Of a DNA stretch of 64,000 nucleotides, positions 31,204 to 42,334 are shown piece by piece. Within the stretch, counting starts at the first letter, position 1, and each line of letters begins with the position of its first letter. This DNA comes from Thecamonas trahens ATCC 50062 (Eukaryota > Protista > Apusomonadida): the NCBI RefSeq assembly GCF_000142905.1, contig NW_013657633.1, positions 45,154 to 109,153 of the forward strand. Direction: 5' to 3'. The notes beneath the pieces are model-generated. The model made no database searches. It saw nothing but the letters and a program-made list of their open reading frames with translations, and was not told where the DNA came from. A program made the translations under genes and the position numbers.

Positions 31204-34200
31204 TTACACCATGGTGGCATCCATCTCGAAAAACACAGACACGCTCTCCACGCTCTGCACCACATCATGCGGAATAAGGCCAAGCATGAACATGGTCCGC
31301 CGATTGTGGGCATGAAGAGTGCGGACGAGCGGAACGATGACGCCGAGGAGAAAGGCAAGGAAAATGACAAGCTGCGCTACGAGCGCAATCAACGGGAGCT
31401 GCCGCCACAGCCCGCGCCGCCCGACCGAGTCGACGTATAGCGCTGTCGAGAGCCGCAGCCCATCGAGCATCTCCTTGTCGTACAGGTCCTCGATCTCCCA
31501 TAGCGGCCGCAGCTCAGGGGTTAGCGCCTCTGGCCGCGCACGCGCAACAGCCCGCCCGCGCTTGATGTACTCGAGCACAAGCTGGCCCAGTCCCTGCGAC
31601 GTCACGGTGTAGAGCAGCTCGCCTTCGCTGCGACAGAGCGATGCATTGCGCCGCAGGCATGTCCCGGGTGCCTGCAACCAGCTCTGCTCCGGAATTTTGA
31701 AGCTGTTGTGTCGGTTAAGGTGAAGATACTGCTCAACTGTCCGGAACCGATCCAGCGCACCCTCGAGCAGCTCACGCGTCGACGCTTGTTCGTCTCCGAG
31801 TGACATCCACACCGACTCAGGCAGCGGCAGCGCCACCATCTCAACCCACGGAAGGACGTCGAATGGAAGTATCACACTCGAAAACTGGTCAAGGACAACA
31901 TCGTCCTCCAGCATGAGCTCGATCGCAAAGTCGCGCACGTCCTCGCTGAGCGCGAGCCGCAGCCCGCCGCGCGCCGTCGCCGTCGACACGTTCGCCATGT
32001 ACTGCAGCTCCACAAGCGAGACGAGCGAGAAGCCGAGAACAATGACCAGTCCCACCATCGCCCCCAGCACCAAGCGCTGTCGCGTTTCGACACTGTCACG
32101 CCCGGCCGTTTTCGCCGCAAGCTCGACCACGCTCTTGCCCTTTCGCTTTGTCTTCCGCCGCTCGGCCTCGACCTCGCTAGCGTCAGATCTCTCACGCGAG
32201 GCAAGCGGACGCGCAGTTGCATCCACCACAACTACATCTGGTCGGAACCCGACCCGCCGCTTCTCGCGCACATCTTCATGGAGCTCATCCTGCTCCGATC
32301 CGCTCGTACTAGACGCAGACAGCGTCGACGACGACGATGACGTGCCCACCTTGGCCCCAGAGTCCGATAAGCCTGACGACGACGAATCGGTCCTCGTCAC
32401 AACCTTGCGGCTATCAGACGAGGCTTCAAGCGATGCCGAAGACACTTGCGACAGCGGCGACATCGGCACCGGTACCGCCACAAGCGGCGGTGGGGTGGAA
32501 ATGAGGCTTGGCGATGGAAGCGCCCAGCTTGCCGGCGACGCCGCCTGCACCGCCACGTTCGGCACGGTGTCGACACATTGCTCGTCACTACTCTCCTCGC
32601 TTGACGCTGTGCTGTCATCAGCAGAGCAACTCGCGGACAAGATCATACTCAGCTCCGACGACGACGAGTCCTCATCGATAACATCGTCGACCTCGGTCTC
32701 GGCGCTAACATCGGTCTGCGCCCGTGATCGGCGACTCTCCCGGACCAGTATCGACACAGCAGACTTGGGCATGGCGAGGAAGACCGCAACCGTCCGCCTC
32801 CGCCGCAACGAGGTCTGCCTGAACGCCGGAAACACCACCACGCCGATGACCACCAGATGGAGACCAACAAGGAGACCGGTGAGTGAGCACACCACCACAG
32901 TCGACTGCTGCATCGATCCCTCCACCATGCGATCCTCCAGACTAAGCGCGTGCTCGAACGCCCGCCGCAGCGACTTGCGCCCGTTGAACATCACAAACAT
33001 GGCCATGTCGCTCGTCCCGATCCCGTCCTCCAGCTCGTAGTCGCTCGCATCAGCAGCTGCAGCGCTGCTGGTATTACGCACTGCGTAGTCGCCAGACTCG
33101 ATCCTTGCGCTCACGACCGTCAAGTAACGCTCTGCCACGTCTGCAAACAGCTCAATGGCTTCGTCCAAGTTGTACCCACCGGCAGTCATCCTGAGCTTGC
33201 GCTTTGGTGCTGCTGGAAAAGACTCAAACATGGCATCGACGCCGTCAAAGTGGTAGATCGCAACTTGCGGCGCGCCACCGTTGAGCTTGTCCAGCCGCGC
33301 GCCGGGATCGTACAGTCCCGACGTGTCCGCCAGTCGCCCGTGGTAATACCGCATGTTTGCTGTAGCCGTCGCAATCCGCTTCGTGAGGGTGGCCAGCGAC
33401 CGGGGCGAGTTGTCCACAAACGCCGTATCAAACGTCATCAGCGCGTTGAGCTCCTTCAGCCGCGGTACCATCGCGCGCCACACACTCGATGCATTGGCCT
33501 CGGTCGCGTAACGCACCGCAAGTCCCCGCTCCAGAACATGCAGCGACTGGATCGCCGACACTGTCCGCGACATCGACTGTAGCCGCAACGCCGCCCACTC
33601 GGCCCGCGGCGGCTTGAGCTCGGCCTCGGCCAGGAGCATGACCGACGCTATGTACACGGCAATGCAGAGTGCGGCAACCACAATGGTGAACGCACACAGC
33701 CGCCGCTGCAGCCGCGTGATCGACGCCGTCGTCTTGCCCCGCAGCGCGCGCAGCGCAATCGCCACATCCGACTCGTTGCGCGCCGCCCGCCGCCGGCTCA
33801 GCAGCCGCCCACGGCTCGACGCTACCATCCGCTGCTCGGTCGCTGAGACAAGCGACGGCGCGCCGTCGGAAGCCCGTTCGTCAACGGCATCAAAACTGGT
33901 CAACGACGACTTGCTCGCACCCTTGCTCGCACCCTTGCTCGCACCCTTGCTCCTTGCAGACAGCTCGCTCCCTTGCGAACCACCGCGCCGCAGAACGTGC
34001 TTGCCGGTCGTGCCCGAATCAAATGACTCAAACGGCGAGAGGAGGCCGGCAATTGAATCGGTCCGCGCTGACTTGCGTCGCGTTATTGATCCAATACTTC
34101 GAGGGCTGCCGCCCAATCGTCCACGCCCGATTCCTACCCGCGGCGCCGTAAGTGGGAGCAGTGCGAGCTTGACCGTTCCGCTCGTCACCTCGGACGCAAC

Positions 34201-37122
34201 AACAAGAAAGCAGGTCGAGCTGTGTGACCGCGGATGCTGATGCGACTTGAGTAGCGCCAAGCCCTCGCCAGGCCCAGCATGATCGCTCGCCGGAAGCATT
34301 GGAAGTGGCGCACCCGACAGGCTGCGTGCCGCCATCTGTTTCATCGCCAGGAGCTCTTCGTCGTCGACAACCCAGCACTCGACCGGAGCATGGCTCGCCG
34401 CGCCTGCCGCCTCAAATACCCGCTCCGCCCGCCTTTCCGTCGCAGCCGCAATCGTTGCCGCCACGGTGGCTGTCTCGACATTATCAGGGAGCGCAAACAC
34501 GGTGTCGAGTCTCTGGCCGAGGAGCTCGGCCTCGGTGCGGCCAAACAGCGCACTGGCCGATGCCGAAGGACACGCCAGGATCTGCCCCAGGGGCGAGACA
34601 GTGAGTTCCATGGCATGCGCGTCGAGCGGCTCCAGCAGGACCGCGCCAATCGCAAGCGGGCCGCGACCAAACGCATACATGCCCGAAACAACAACCTGAC
34701 GCGCCGTGCCACTCCGGGTGTGAACGCTTGCGGTCTCCGGAATGAGCTCGGCGTCGGGTCCGCCCGGTGCAGCCCGCGCCAACCAGCCGAGCACGTCAGA
34801 GACCGGCCCGGCGAGCACGTCTGTAAGCGCCTGCCCGGCGAGCGTCTCGGGCCGCACTCCGTTCATGTGCTCGACGGGACCAACAACATCGACGACCACT
34901 CCCGACCGCGCGCAGTAAAGCGTGACGCTCGCGTCCGCCGGTGGCACCGGCCGCACAATCATCATGATCTGACTGCTGGTCGCATGTGGAACGCGCGCAA
35001 AGGTTACCAGCGCCGAGAGTGCGTCACGTTTCCACCGCTTGATATTGAGCCTCATCGGCACCGCATCCGATTCGGCTGCTTTCTCCAGCAGCGCGTCGGC
35101 AGACTTGCTGAGAGGGCCAGCAAGGAGCACCGCGCCAAACGGCTTGCGGAGTAGCTCCTCGCGGCAGGACGCCGTGGTGTGACCCAAGAGCTTGCGTGCG
35201 TGAGCGTTTGCCGAAACGACTGTGCCGTCGTCGGCAAGGGTGATGAGCGCGTCGACGGCGCCGTTGATCATAGCCAGTGCTTCGCCGGCTACAGGCTGCT
35301 CGCCGTCAACCTCGGCGGTCAGGTCTTCGAGCCGCTTGGCCTTGGCCAGAAAGCGCGCCGCGAGGACCGGCTTGTTGGAGACCTCGTCCAGAAAGTTGGC
35401 ATATCCTGCCAGCAGGCCTGGCGCGGTCGGATACTTGCGGACCAGTTGGCGGTAGTAGTTGTTGGCGGTTCGCTCCGACTCGTCGATCCGCGCAATGAGC
35501 TTGGCCGACCGCTCTAGGAACGCTCGGTCTGATCGCATTAGCGTCCGCCAGAACGTACCTACCGCCCGCAGCGCCGAGTTGTGGTGCATCTTGGCCGTCC
35601 GCAGCATGCTCTCAAACTGTACGTACGAGACGAGGTCCATCGAGCCTGTCGTTAGCCCTCGCGCGAGCTGCGCCTGCTCCACCTCGCGCATCTTGCGGTA
35701 TCGCGAGAACCGGAGGTCGACCCACGCTGGGAGCTTGAGAGACTTGTCGAGGTACGCGTGCGCCATCGCGGTGTTGCCTACGCTCGCAAGGAACCGCACG
35801 TAGCAAAGAACCACAAAGACCGAGTTAGGAAACTGCTCAAAGCCGGCGCGGAAGACGGCGTTGGCGGCGTCGACGTTGCCGCTCGCCAAATGCTCGCGAA
35901 CCACAAGCTCGACGTCGGTTGCCAGCCAGAAGTGGTACACCGGCTCGGATGGCGGCGTCGCGCTTGCTTCAGCGCCGATCGCGTTCGTCGAGTTGGCACG
36001 CCGCAGCCGCGCCAGCCGCAGGTACGCCAGCATACCGCCTGCCAGCAGCACAATCGGCCCAAGCGCCGCTGCCGTCACAAACACGCTGTTGCCGCCGGAT
36101 CCCGAGCCGTCGTCGCTCGGTCTTCCGTTGGCCGAGACCGTGGCAAGCGCCATCGCACCCAGCCAGGTGAGTGTCAAAAATCCGCCTGTCCGTGCCAACT
36201 GCAGCCGTAGCCGGTACAACGCCATGAAGAGAACTTGCAGCACAAAGATGGCAAACATCGAGAGGCTGAATATAGCGGCAAGCAGGCCGGGATGATGGGC
36301 CGCTGTGGCAAAGGCGAACAGCAGAACGGTCTTGACCACGTGGGTGGCGCAATCGACCCGCGCGTGCGGCCGCGCAAGCAAGTGTGGTGCGTCGGGCGCG
36401 TCCTGAAAGTACACCAGCGAGAGAGCGGCCGTGGCGACGAGAAAAATCAGCGCAAAGAGGCCCGAGACTATGCGATAGACCGATACCTCGGCATCCCAGC
36501 ACGCGACGGACGGGTAGTCGCGGAGGACCGCCGGCGATGCCTCGTAGTCGCAGGCGAGCGGCGTGAGCAGCACGCTCATGATCGGAATGTAGAGAACGGT
36601 GACAGCAAAGCCGACGGCGTACCGCAGCAGCCGCAGCGGCCAGACCTTGGACCGCGAGTGGTCACGAAGCGCGAGGCCTACATACGCCGCATCGAGCCCG
36701 GCGCAGATGAGCGCGGTGTAGACTACGAGATTGACGACACGAAAGGCAGCAAAGGAAGAGAACACCACCCTCAACGAGACAGCCGAGAGCAGCGGCTGGA
36801 GAGAGACCTCGGCCCATGGTCCCCACTCAAAGACTGGTGAAAAGGCAAAGGCTGCTAGCTGGCCAAACTCGATAATGAGGACGAGGATGGAGAAGATGGC
36901 CGTCGACGACGAGCGGGAGACGATGGCAAAGAGTGCATTGAAGGCAAACGTTTCAAGTCGAGCAAAGAGTCGAGCTCCGGATGACGAAGCACCATCGTCA
37001 CCGCCACCCAGCAGAGCCCTGTGCGCATCATCGAGTTCCGACAAAAGTGATGTATCCACCGACGAGTCCGAGCATGTTGTTCTTGAGTTGGCCGAAGACA
37101 CCCTACTGATAGAGCTCTCCAT
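31204..37122 (-). CDS. TmcB/TmcC (tiny macrocysts)-like multi-pass membrane protein with TPR-like and PAS-like domains
   Basis: N-terminal TM bundle (EFGQL…LYIPIM…CW), the segment FWRTL…ANNYYRQLVRKYP…YANFLDEV, PAS-like repeats (DALITLADDGTVVSAN), and C-terminal TM pairs ending RRTMFMLGLIP. Confidence 0.75.
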   Translation of the reverse strand: MESSISRVSSANSRTTCSDSSVDTSLLSELDDAHRALLGGGDDGASSSGARLFARLETFAFNALFAIVSRSSSTAIFSILVLIIEFGQLAAFAFSPVFEWGPWAEVSLQPLLSAVSLRVVFSSFAAFRVVNLVVYTALICAGLDAAYVGLALRDHSRSKVWPLRLLRYAVGFAVTVLYIPIMSVLLTPLACDYEASPAVLRDYPSVACWDAEVSVYRIVSGLFALIFLVATAALSLVYFQDAPDAPHLLARPHARVDCATHVVKTVLLFAFATAAHHPGLLAAIFSLSMFAIFVLQVLFMALYRLRLQLARTGGFLTLTWLGAMALATVSANGRPSDDGSGSGGNSVFVTAAALGPIVLLAGGMLAYLRLARLRRANSTNAIGAEASATPPSEPVYHFWLATDVELVVREHLASGNVDAANAVFRAGFEQFPNSVFVVLCYVRFLASVGNTAMAHAYLDKSLKLPAWVDLRFSRYRKMREVEQAQLARGLTTGSMDLVSYVQFESMLRTAKMHHNSALRAVGTFWRTLMRSDRAFLERSAKLIARIDESERTANNYYRQLVRKYPTAPGLLAGYANFLDEVSNKPVLAARFLAKAKRLEDLTAEVDGEQPVAGEALAMINGAVDALITLADDGTVVSANAHARKLLGHTTASCREELLRKPFGAVLLAGPLSKSADALLEKAAESDAVPMRLNIKRWKRDALSALVTFARVPHATSSQIMMIVRPVPPADASVTLYCARSGVVVDVVGPVEHMNGVRPETLAGQALTDVLAGPVSDVLGWLARAAPGGPDAELIPETASVHTRSGTARQVVVSGMYAFGRGPLAIGAVLLEPLDAHAMELTVSPLGQILACPSASASALFGRTEAELLGQRLDTVFALPDNVETATVAATIAAATERRAERVFEAAGAASHAPVECWVVDDEELLAMKQMAARSLSGAPLPMLPASDHAGPGEGLALLKSHQHPRSHSSTCFLVVASEVTSGTVKLALLPLTAPRVGIGRGRLGGSPRSIGSITRRKSARTDSIAGLLSPFESFDSGTTGKHVLRRGGSQGSELSARSKGASKGASKGASKSSLTSFDAVDERASDGAPSLVSATEQRMVASSRGRLLSRRRAARNESDVAIALRALRGKTTASITRLQRRLCAFTIVVAALCIAVYIASVMLLAEAELKPPRAEWAALRLQSMSRTVSAIQSLHVLERGLAVRYATEANASSVWRAMVPRLKELNALMTFDTAFVDNSPRSLATLTKRIATATANMRYYHGRLADTSGLYDPGARLDKLNGGAPQVAIYHFDGVDAMFESFPAAPKRKLRMTAGGYNLDEAIELFADVAERYLTVVSARIESGDYAVRNTSSAAAADASDYELEDGIGTSDMAMFVMFNGRKSLRRAFEHALSLEDRMVEGSMQQSTVVVCSLTGLLVGLHLVVIGVVVFPAFRQTSLRRRRTVAVFLAMPKSAVSILVRESRRSRAQTDVSAETEVDDVIDEDSSSSELSMILSASCSADDSTASSEESSDEQCVDTVPNVAVQAASPASWALPSPSLISTPPPLVAVPVPMSPLSQVSSASLEASSDSRKVVTRTDSSSSGLSDSGAKVGTSSSSSTLSASSTSGSEQDELHEDVREKRRVGFRPDVVVVDATARPLASRERSDASEVEAERRKTKRKGKSVVELAAKTAGRDSVETRQRLVLGAMVGLVIVLGFSLVSLVELQYMANVSTATARGGLRLALSEDVRDFAIELMLEDDVVLDQFSSVILPFDVLPWVEMVALPLPESVWMSLGDEQASTRELLEGALDRFRTVEQYLHLNRHNSFKIPEQSWLQAPGTCLRRNASLCRSEGELLYTVTSQGLGQLVLEYIKRGRAVARARPEALTPELRPLWEIEDLYDKEMLDGLRLSTALYVDSVGRRGLWRQLPLIALVAQLVIFLAFLLGVIVPLVRTLHAHNRRTMFMLGLIPHDVVQSVESVSVFFEMDATMV

Positions 37123-37383
37123 GTACAACCCGAACCGCACCAGAGCGTAGACAAGTAACTCCACCCACCATTGCCAATACCGCCACTACCGCGGCGGAGT
37201 GGCAGACAGGGCTTCTCGAACTATGTTTCCCACGTGACAAAAAAAAACATCCGAAGATTGCGTCACCCCCCCCCCCCCCCCGCGCACACACTCGGTCGCT
37301 TGGCGGCGGCTTCTTTCCCCTCTGCGCCATTCGGCTCGGCTCGACTCGCGCCACCGGCACACCACCCAACCCGCAAGTAGACC

Positions 37384-38991
37384 ATGGCTTCGAGCGCGGC
37401 GAGCACGTCAACGGTTGTGGACGTGAGCCCCAACATTACAGCCGCCCGCGAGCAGGCCAAGGTACGTACCCTGCACTCTATCTCTTTCTCTGTGCTCTCA
37501 TGGCACTCGTCGCCGTAATGGCTGCAGTGCCTGCTGTGGTGGCATTCTCTGGGTGGAAGGCGACCCAAAAAGTTTGGCCACCTTTTCCAGGCGCGCCTGG
37601 CGGGATACAAGGCCAATGCGTGGCCAGGGAGCAGACGAGATACTCACCAAACAAGCTGGCTCAACTTGGTCTTGTCTGGTGGGTGGTGGGTGTGACACGT
37701 GGTCGGCATGGGTGGTCGGCATGGGTGGACGAAGGCGGGAGATGTGGCTGGTGCCGTCGACGCTCTGCTCCTGCTGGAGCGTCAGCGGCGGCGGGCCGAG
37801 GACGAGGCGGCGGTCAAGGAGGTTGTTGTTGCGGTGGTGCAGGTATGCTTCGAGGCGGGCGACTGGAAGCTGCTGGCGTCGTCGGTGGTGCTCCTTGCCA
37901 AGCGGCGGTCGCAGTTCCCGCAGGCGATTGTCAAGATGGTCAACGAGGTGGTCGGCTACCTCGACCATGACTCGGTCCCGTCCGAGGCCTCGGCCATGCT
38001 GCTCGATACGCTGCTGGTGGTGTGCGAGGGCAAGATCTTTGTCGAGGTCCAGCGGGCGAGGCTGACCCGCCGCCGGGCGCTGGCCAAGGAAGCTGCCGGC
38101 GAGCTGAAGGAAGCTGCCAAGGAGCTGCAGGATGTGCAGATCGAGACGCTCGGCTCGATGGAGAAGGAGGAGAAGCTCGACTTTATCCTCGAGCAAATGC
38201 GGCTGTGCCTCGGCGCTGGTGACTGGCTCCGGGTCCTCATCATTTCGCGCAAGATCCATCGCAAGGTCTTTGCCCGCAACGCCTTTCAGCCGCAGAAGCT
38301 CAAGTTCCACGAGCTGCTCATCGAGTACCACCAGCACGAGGGCAACTTCCTGCATGTCGCCCGCTCGCTCCTGGCCATGTACAACACGCCGTCCGTCCTC
38401 GACTCGGCCGACGCCGCGTGGAAGGCGGTCCTTGCCCGTGCTGCGGTCTTTATCGTCCTCGCCAAGCAAGCGCCCGACCAGCAGGACCTACTCCATCGCA
38501 TCAAGAAGGAGAAGCGTCTCGCCGAGGTCGGCGACGTCTACGACCTCGTCAACCTCTTCACTACCACCCAGATCATGGACTGGCCGCAGGTCGAGTCGCA
38601 GTTTGGCGCCGCGCTCCGCGAGCTGCCCGGAGGCCTGTTCAGCGACTCGGAGGACGGCGCGGCCCGCTTTGAGCACCTCCGCTCGCGCGTCATCGAGCAC
38701 AACATCCGCATCATCGCCAACTACTACTCGCGCATCGCCCTCCCGCGCCTCGCCGCTCTCCTCTCGCTCAACGTTGCCGACGCCGAGTCGCGCCTCTGCG
38801 ACATGGTCGTTGACGGCGCCATCTACGCAAAGGTCGATCGCCTCGCCTCGGTCGTCTCGTTTGTCAAGCCGGCCACTTCCGACGAGATCCTCAACGAATG
38901 GGCGTCGGACGTCGGCAAGCTCCTCTCCATCGTCGAAAAGTGCAACCACAACCTGCAGAAGGAGAACATGATGCACAAGATCGACCAGTAA
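37384..38991 (+). CDS. PSMD12: 26S proteasome lid subunit Rpn5
   Basis: Exon 1 37384-37461, intron GTACGT…AAG 37462-37734, then LLLERQRR, EGKIFVEVQRARLT, QIETLGSM, RVIEHNIR and a PCI domain. Confidence 0.95.
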
Positions 38992-39018
38992 ACGGCCCGC
39001 CGTGACTGCATGTTACTT

Positions 39019-41187
39019 TTACGCCTTGGCCTCGGCCTCGCGCTTCCGCTTCACGCCCGCCACGCTGCGCATGCCGTGGCTCGCCGACGCGTCTTCCACG
39101 ACGTCAAAGACCTCGCGGACCGCCATGGTGGCATACGTCGACGACGGGAGGGTAAAGGCAAGGAGCCCCGCATACGCCGCGCCGGCAAACGGCTCGGTAG
39201 CCACGCCGTCGAGCGGCGCGATGGCAACTGGGTCGATGAGGTTCGCCGCCATTGCAGCCGCCGCAGACTCGGTGTCGCCGATGCGGGTAGCCTCGGCCGC
39301 AGCCTCGTCACCGCTGAGAGGCGTGTAGTACAGGTGAGTGTACGAGACCTCCGAGGGGATGCAAATAAGCGGTCGGTACGCACCCGGTGCGTCGAACGGC
39401 GTCCCGCGCCATTGCTGCTTGGAGAGATCGATGCCCTCGGCGGCGGTAAAGGTGGCGTACAGGCCGCCGATGTCGTGGGTCGGGTACTGCACCGCGTGGC
39501 CAGGAACCGGAAGCACCACGTCGGCGAGACTCACGCCCTCAAGGTCGGCCTCGGTCGCCAGAACCTTGACCGGCACGTCCGAGGCGCGGATGTGCCCGCC
39601 GCGCGACGAGCGAGTGTGCCCGCCACGCCCACGCCCGCGCCCGCGCCCGCGCCCGCCACGTGCCGCCGCAGCCTTGATCATCGCCTCGTGCTTGACCTTG
39701 TCGACCACTAGGTCGCCGACAACCGGCGCCGCGCCGTACTGCTCCAGTCGCGCGGTGGCCATAGCGTTGAAGACCCACGACTGGTAGGCATGGACGTACA
39801 TCGACTGCATGTTGCGCGGGAGTGCCTGCAGCGCACCCATCGGGTTGGTCGGCCCGGCGTCGGCCACGCCCTGTAGCAGCTTCTTCTCCAGCGAGCGCCA
39901 CCGCGGCATGGCCTCGGCTGCGCCGGCCGCGTCGCCTCCCTCGAGGAACTGCGCTTTGGCTGCCAGAATCTGCGGCGTGTCCTTGGAGAGCGAGGGCTTG
40001 AGAATGAGACGGATGGCACCGGCGAGGTCGCCGCCGAGAATCTTGCGCCCAACCTCGTGCGTCCGCACCTCGTGCGTCCCGAACCGCTGTTCACCAAAGT
40101 AGTTGATAAAGCCGCGCGTCGAGAACGAGGTGACCGCCGCATCGAGCGCGGCGATGACGCCGCCGTGGCCGGGATCGTCGGCGCTCGTCGGCGAGTTCGC
40201 TGCCGGCCCAGCAATGTCGCGCACAACAATGGAGAACCGGTTACCGTCGAGCATGCCGAGCGAGAGCGGCTTGGCCACGTATGAGTAGTTGCCGAACCGG
40301 AGGAGCGCCCGCGACGGGAGCACGTCGTGCGACCGCTCGGCCTTGGCCTGGAAAGCCTTAACATCCTCAGCCGGCACAGCCTTGAGCGTAATCCACTGCG
40401 AGGTGACCGCGTGCTTGTCCTTGGTCCCCGCCACCCCAATGCGGTTCCCCTTGATGTGCAGGCCGGCGCCGATGACGTCTGTCATCTTGTGCAGATCCAT
40501 GCCGTACTTGGTCACCACGCACCGAAGGAACTTTGGCCGCGACTTTGGCCACCGCGTGTTGAACCGCGAGTTAGCCTTGCCCTTCATGGCCGTCACCACC
40601 ATCCCGCCGCCGCCGCCCACCGACGTCGCCAGCAGTGATCCAAAGTGGTGGCGCACCAGCTGATGGACCTTGGTTCGGTCCTCCTTGGCCTCCAGCCGTG
40701 GCAGCTCAATGCCGTCCGGAAGGGTCACGCCCTCGCCGCCGGCGCGGACATACGCCTCGATGGCCGCAAAGTGCGCCTCGTCGCCGCCCGGCATCAGCGC
40801 CCGCAGCGCCGCCATTCCGGTCTCCACAGACGGTGCGCCCATGGCGGCCTCGACCTTGGCCGCCGCCGCCGCCGCCGGATCGTCCACCTCTTCGGTCGTG
40901 ATCGCCGCCACGCCGTTCTTCCCCACCTCGGAGACCACAAAGTCTGACCACCGGACCTTCAGCACCCCGCGCGCCATGCGCGTCTCGCCCAGATGCGCCA
41001 CAATGCCCACGTCCGCAGGGTCAGCCGGCTTGTGGGTCGGCGTAGCCTCCGCCACGACGCTCGATCCAGCCGCCGCCGCCGCCACCTTGGCCTCCTCGTC
41101 AGTCACGTTGGTCACCACATCCGTCGCCGCCTTGGTCTCGCCGGACAGCAGCTTAGTCTTCTTGGCAGCAGGGGGTTCGCACGACAT
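39019..41187 (-). CDS. PUS7: Pseudouridine synthase 7 (TruD family)
   Basis: LKVRWSDFVVSE, AGTKDKHAVTSQ, GNRFSIVVR, GFINYFGEQRFG, YVHAYQS and FTLPSSTYATM. Confidence 0.95.
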   Translation of the reverse strand: MSCEPPAAKKTKLLSGETKAATDVVTNVTDEEAKVAAAAAGSSVVAEATPTHKPADPADVGIVAHLGETRMARGVLKVRWSDFVVSEVGKNGVAAITTEEVDDPAAAAAAKVEAAMGAPSVETGMAALRALMPGGDEAHFAAIEAYVRAGGEGVTLPDGIELPRLEAKEDRTKVHQLVRHHFGSLLATSVGGGGGMVVTAMKGKANSRFNTRWPKSRPKFLRCVVTKYGMDLHKMTDVIGAGLHIKGNRIGVAGTKDKHAVTSQWITLKAVPAEDVKAFQAKAERSHDVLPSRALLRFGNYSYVAKPLSLGMLDGNRFSIVVRDIAGPAANSPTSADDPGHGGVIAALDAAVTSFSTRGFINYFGEQRFGTHEVRTHEVGRKILGGDLAGAIRLILKPSLSKDTPQILAAKAQFLEGGDAAGAAEAMPRWRSLEKKLLQGVADAGPTNPMGALQALPRNMQSMYVHAYQSWVFNAMATARLEQYGAAPVVGDLVVDKVKHEAMIKAAAARGGRGRGRGRGRGGHTRSSRGGHIRASDVPVKVLATEADLEGVSLADVVLPVPGHAVQYPTHDIGGLYATFTAAEGIDLSKQQWRGTPFDAPGAYRPLICIPSEVSYTHLYYTPLSGDEAAAEATRIGDTESAAAAMAANLIDPVAIAPLDGVATEPFAGAAYAGLLAFTLPSSTYATMAVREVFDVVEDASASHGMRSVAGVKRKREAEAKA

Positions 41188-41429
41188 GGCTGCTGTTATG
41201 TAGCTTCCAGAGTGCGGTGGTCCCCGCCCCCGCCGCCCTCCACCTCCCGCTCTAACCCCCCCCCCCTTCCACTACTCCTTCTCCTGCAACTCCTCCCTTC
41301 TTGGCTCCCTCTCCTTTCTCGGCCGGTCGTCCGATCGTTTGCTGCGGGCGGAGCAATCGGATGGATGGCATGCCATGCGGCCGAAGACATGGCGGTGCCC
41401 CCCCCCCCCCCCCCTCCCCTTCCTCCCGC

Positions 41430-41675
41430 TTACTTGAACAGAGACCATGCATCGGTGGCGCTGATCAATTTGGTATGCACGCACATCCGCATGTGAGTGT
41501 GATCAGTGATGATAGGGAGAGGGTAAAGATGATTGTCTGCACTCATGATGGCATGACTATCATCAGTGCCAGGGGAAGTGATGGCTATCGACTGGAGTGA
41601 GCCATCGCCAGCACAGCATGATCGAAGTTTGATCAACATATCCTGATCGACTGTACATGAGCCCATGTTCAGCCT
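41430..41675 (+). ncRNA. Candidate structured ncRNA with C/D-box-like motifs
   Basis: Five hairpins and two long-range stems with G-U wobbles on the + strand; GTGATGA at 41506 and CTGA at 41643. See findings. Confidence 0.35.
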
Positions 41676-41879
41676 TCTATGTCGGCTACCCCCCCCCCCC
41701 CCTCACTTCCCCTCACTTCCCCCTCCTCAGCCATGCAGAGCTGGTCAGGCTTCCTGCGGCCCTCAGGCCGACCACCCGCGCCCACGTACGAACACACACA
41801 TCATCGCAACCACCTGTCGCAAGTAGTGCCCCCTCCCCCCCTTCTGGCTACATAAGACGTGTGACATACATCGGTTGTT

Positions 41880-42117
41880 ATGGGTGGCGTGTTCGGCAAG
41901 AAGAAGGATGGTGATGGTGGGAACAAGTCCAACCACAACGACATGGAGATCACCGCCCATGACCGTGCCGTCCTCGACCTGAAGAACCAACGGGACAAGC
42001 TCGGGAGGCAGAAGAAGAAGGTATGCCCCGGGTAGGGCGGGGGGGGCGAAGGGGGGGGAGGGGGGGCGAGGGGGGGGGAGGGGACTCATGTTGTTGGTGG
42101 TCGTGGGCGTGGGCGTG

Positions 42118-42148
<31 letters not shown>

Positions 42149-42171
42149 GCGTGGTCGTGGTCGTGGTCGTG

Positions 42172-42221
<50 letters not shown>

Positions 42222-42222
42222 T

Positions 42223-42280
<58 letters not shown>

Positions 42281-42297
42281 GCGTGGTCGTGGTCGTG

Positions 42298-42334
<37 letters not shown>

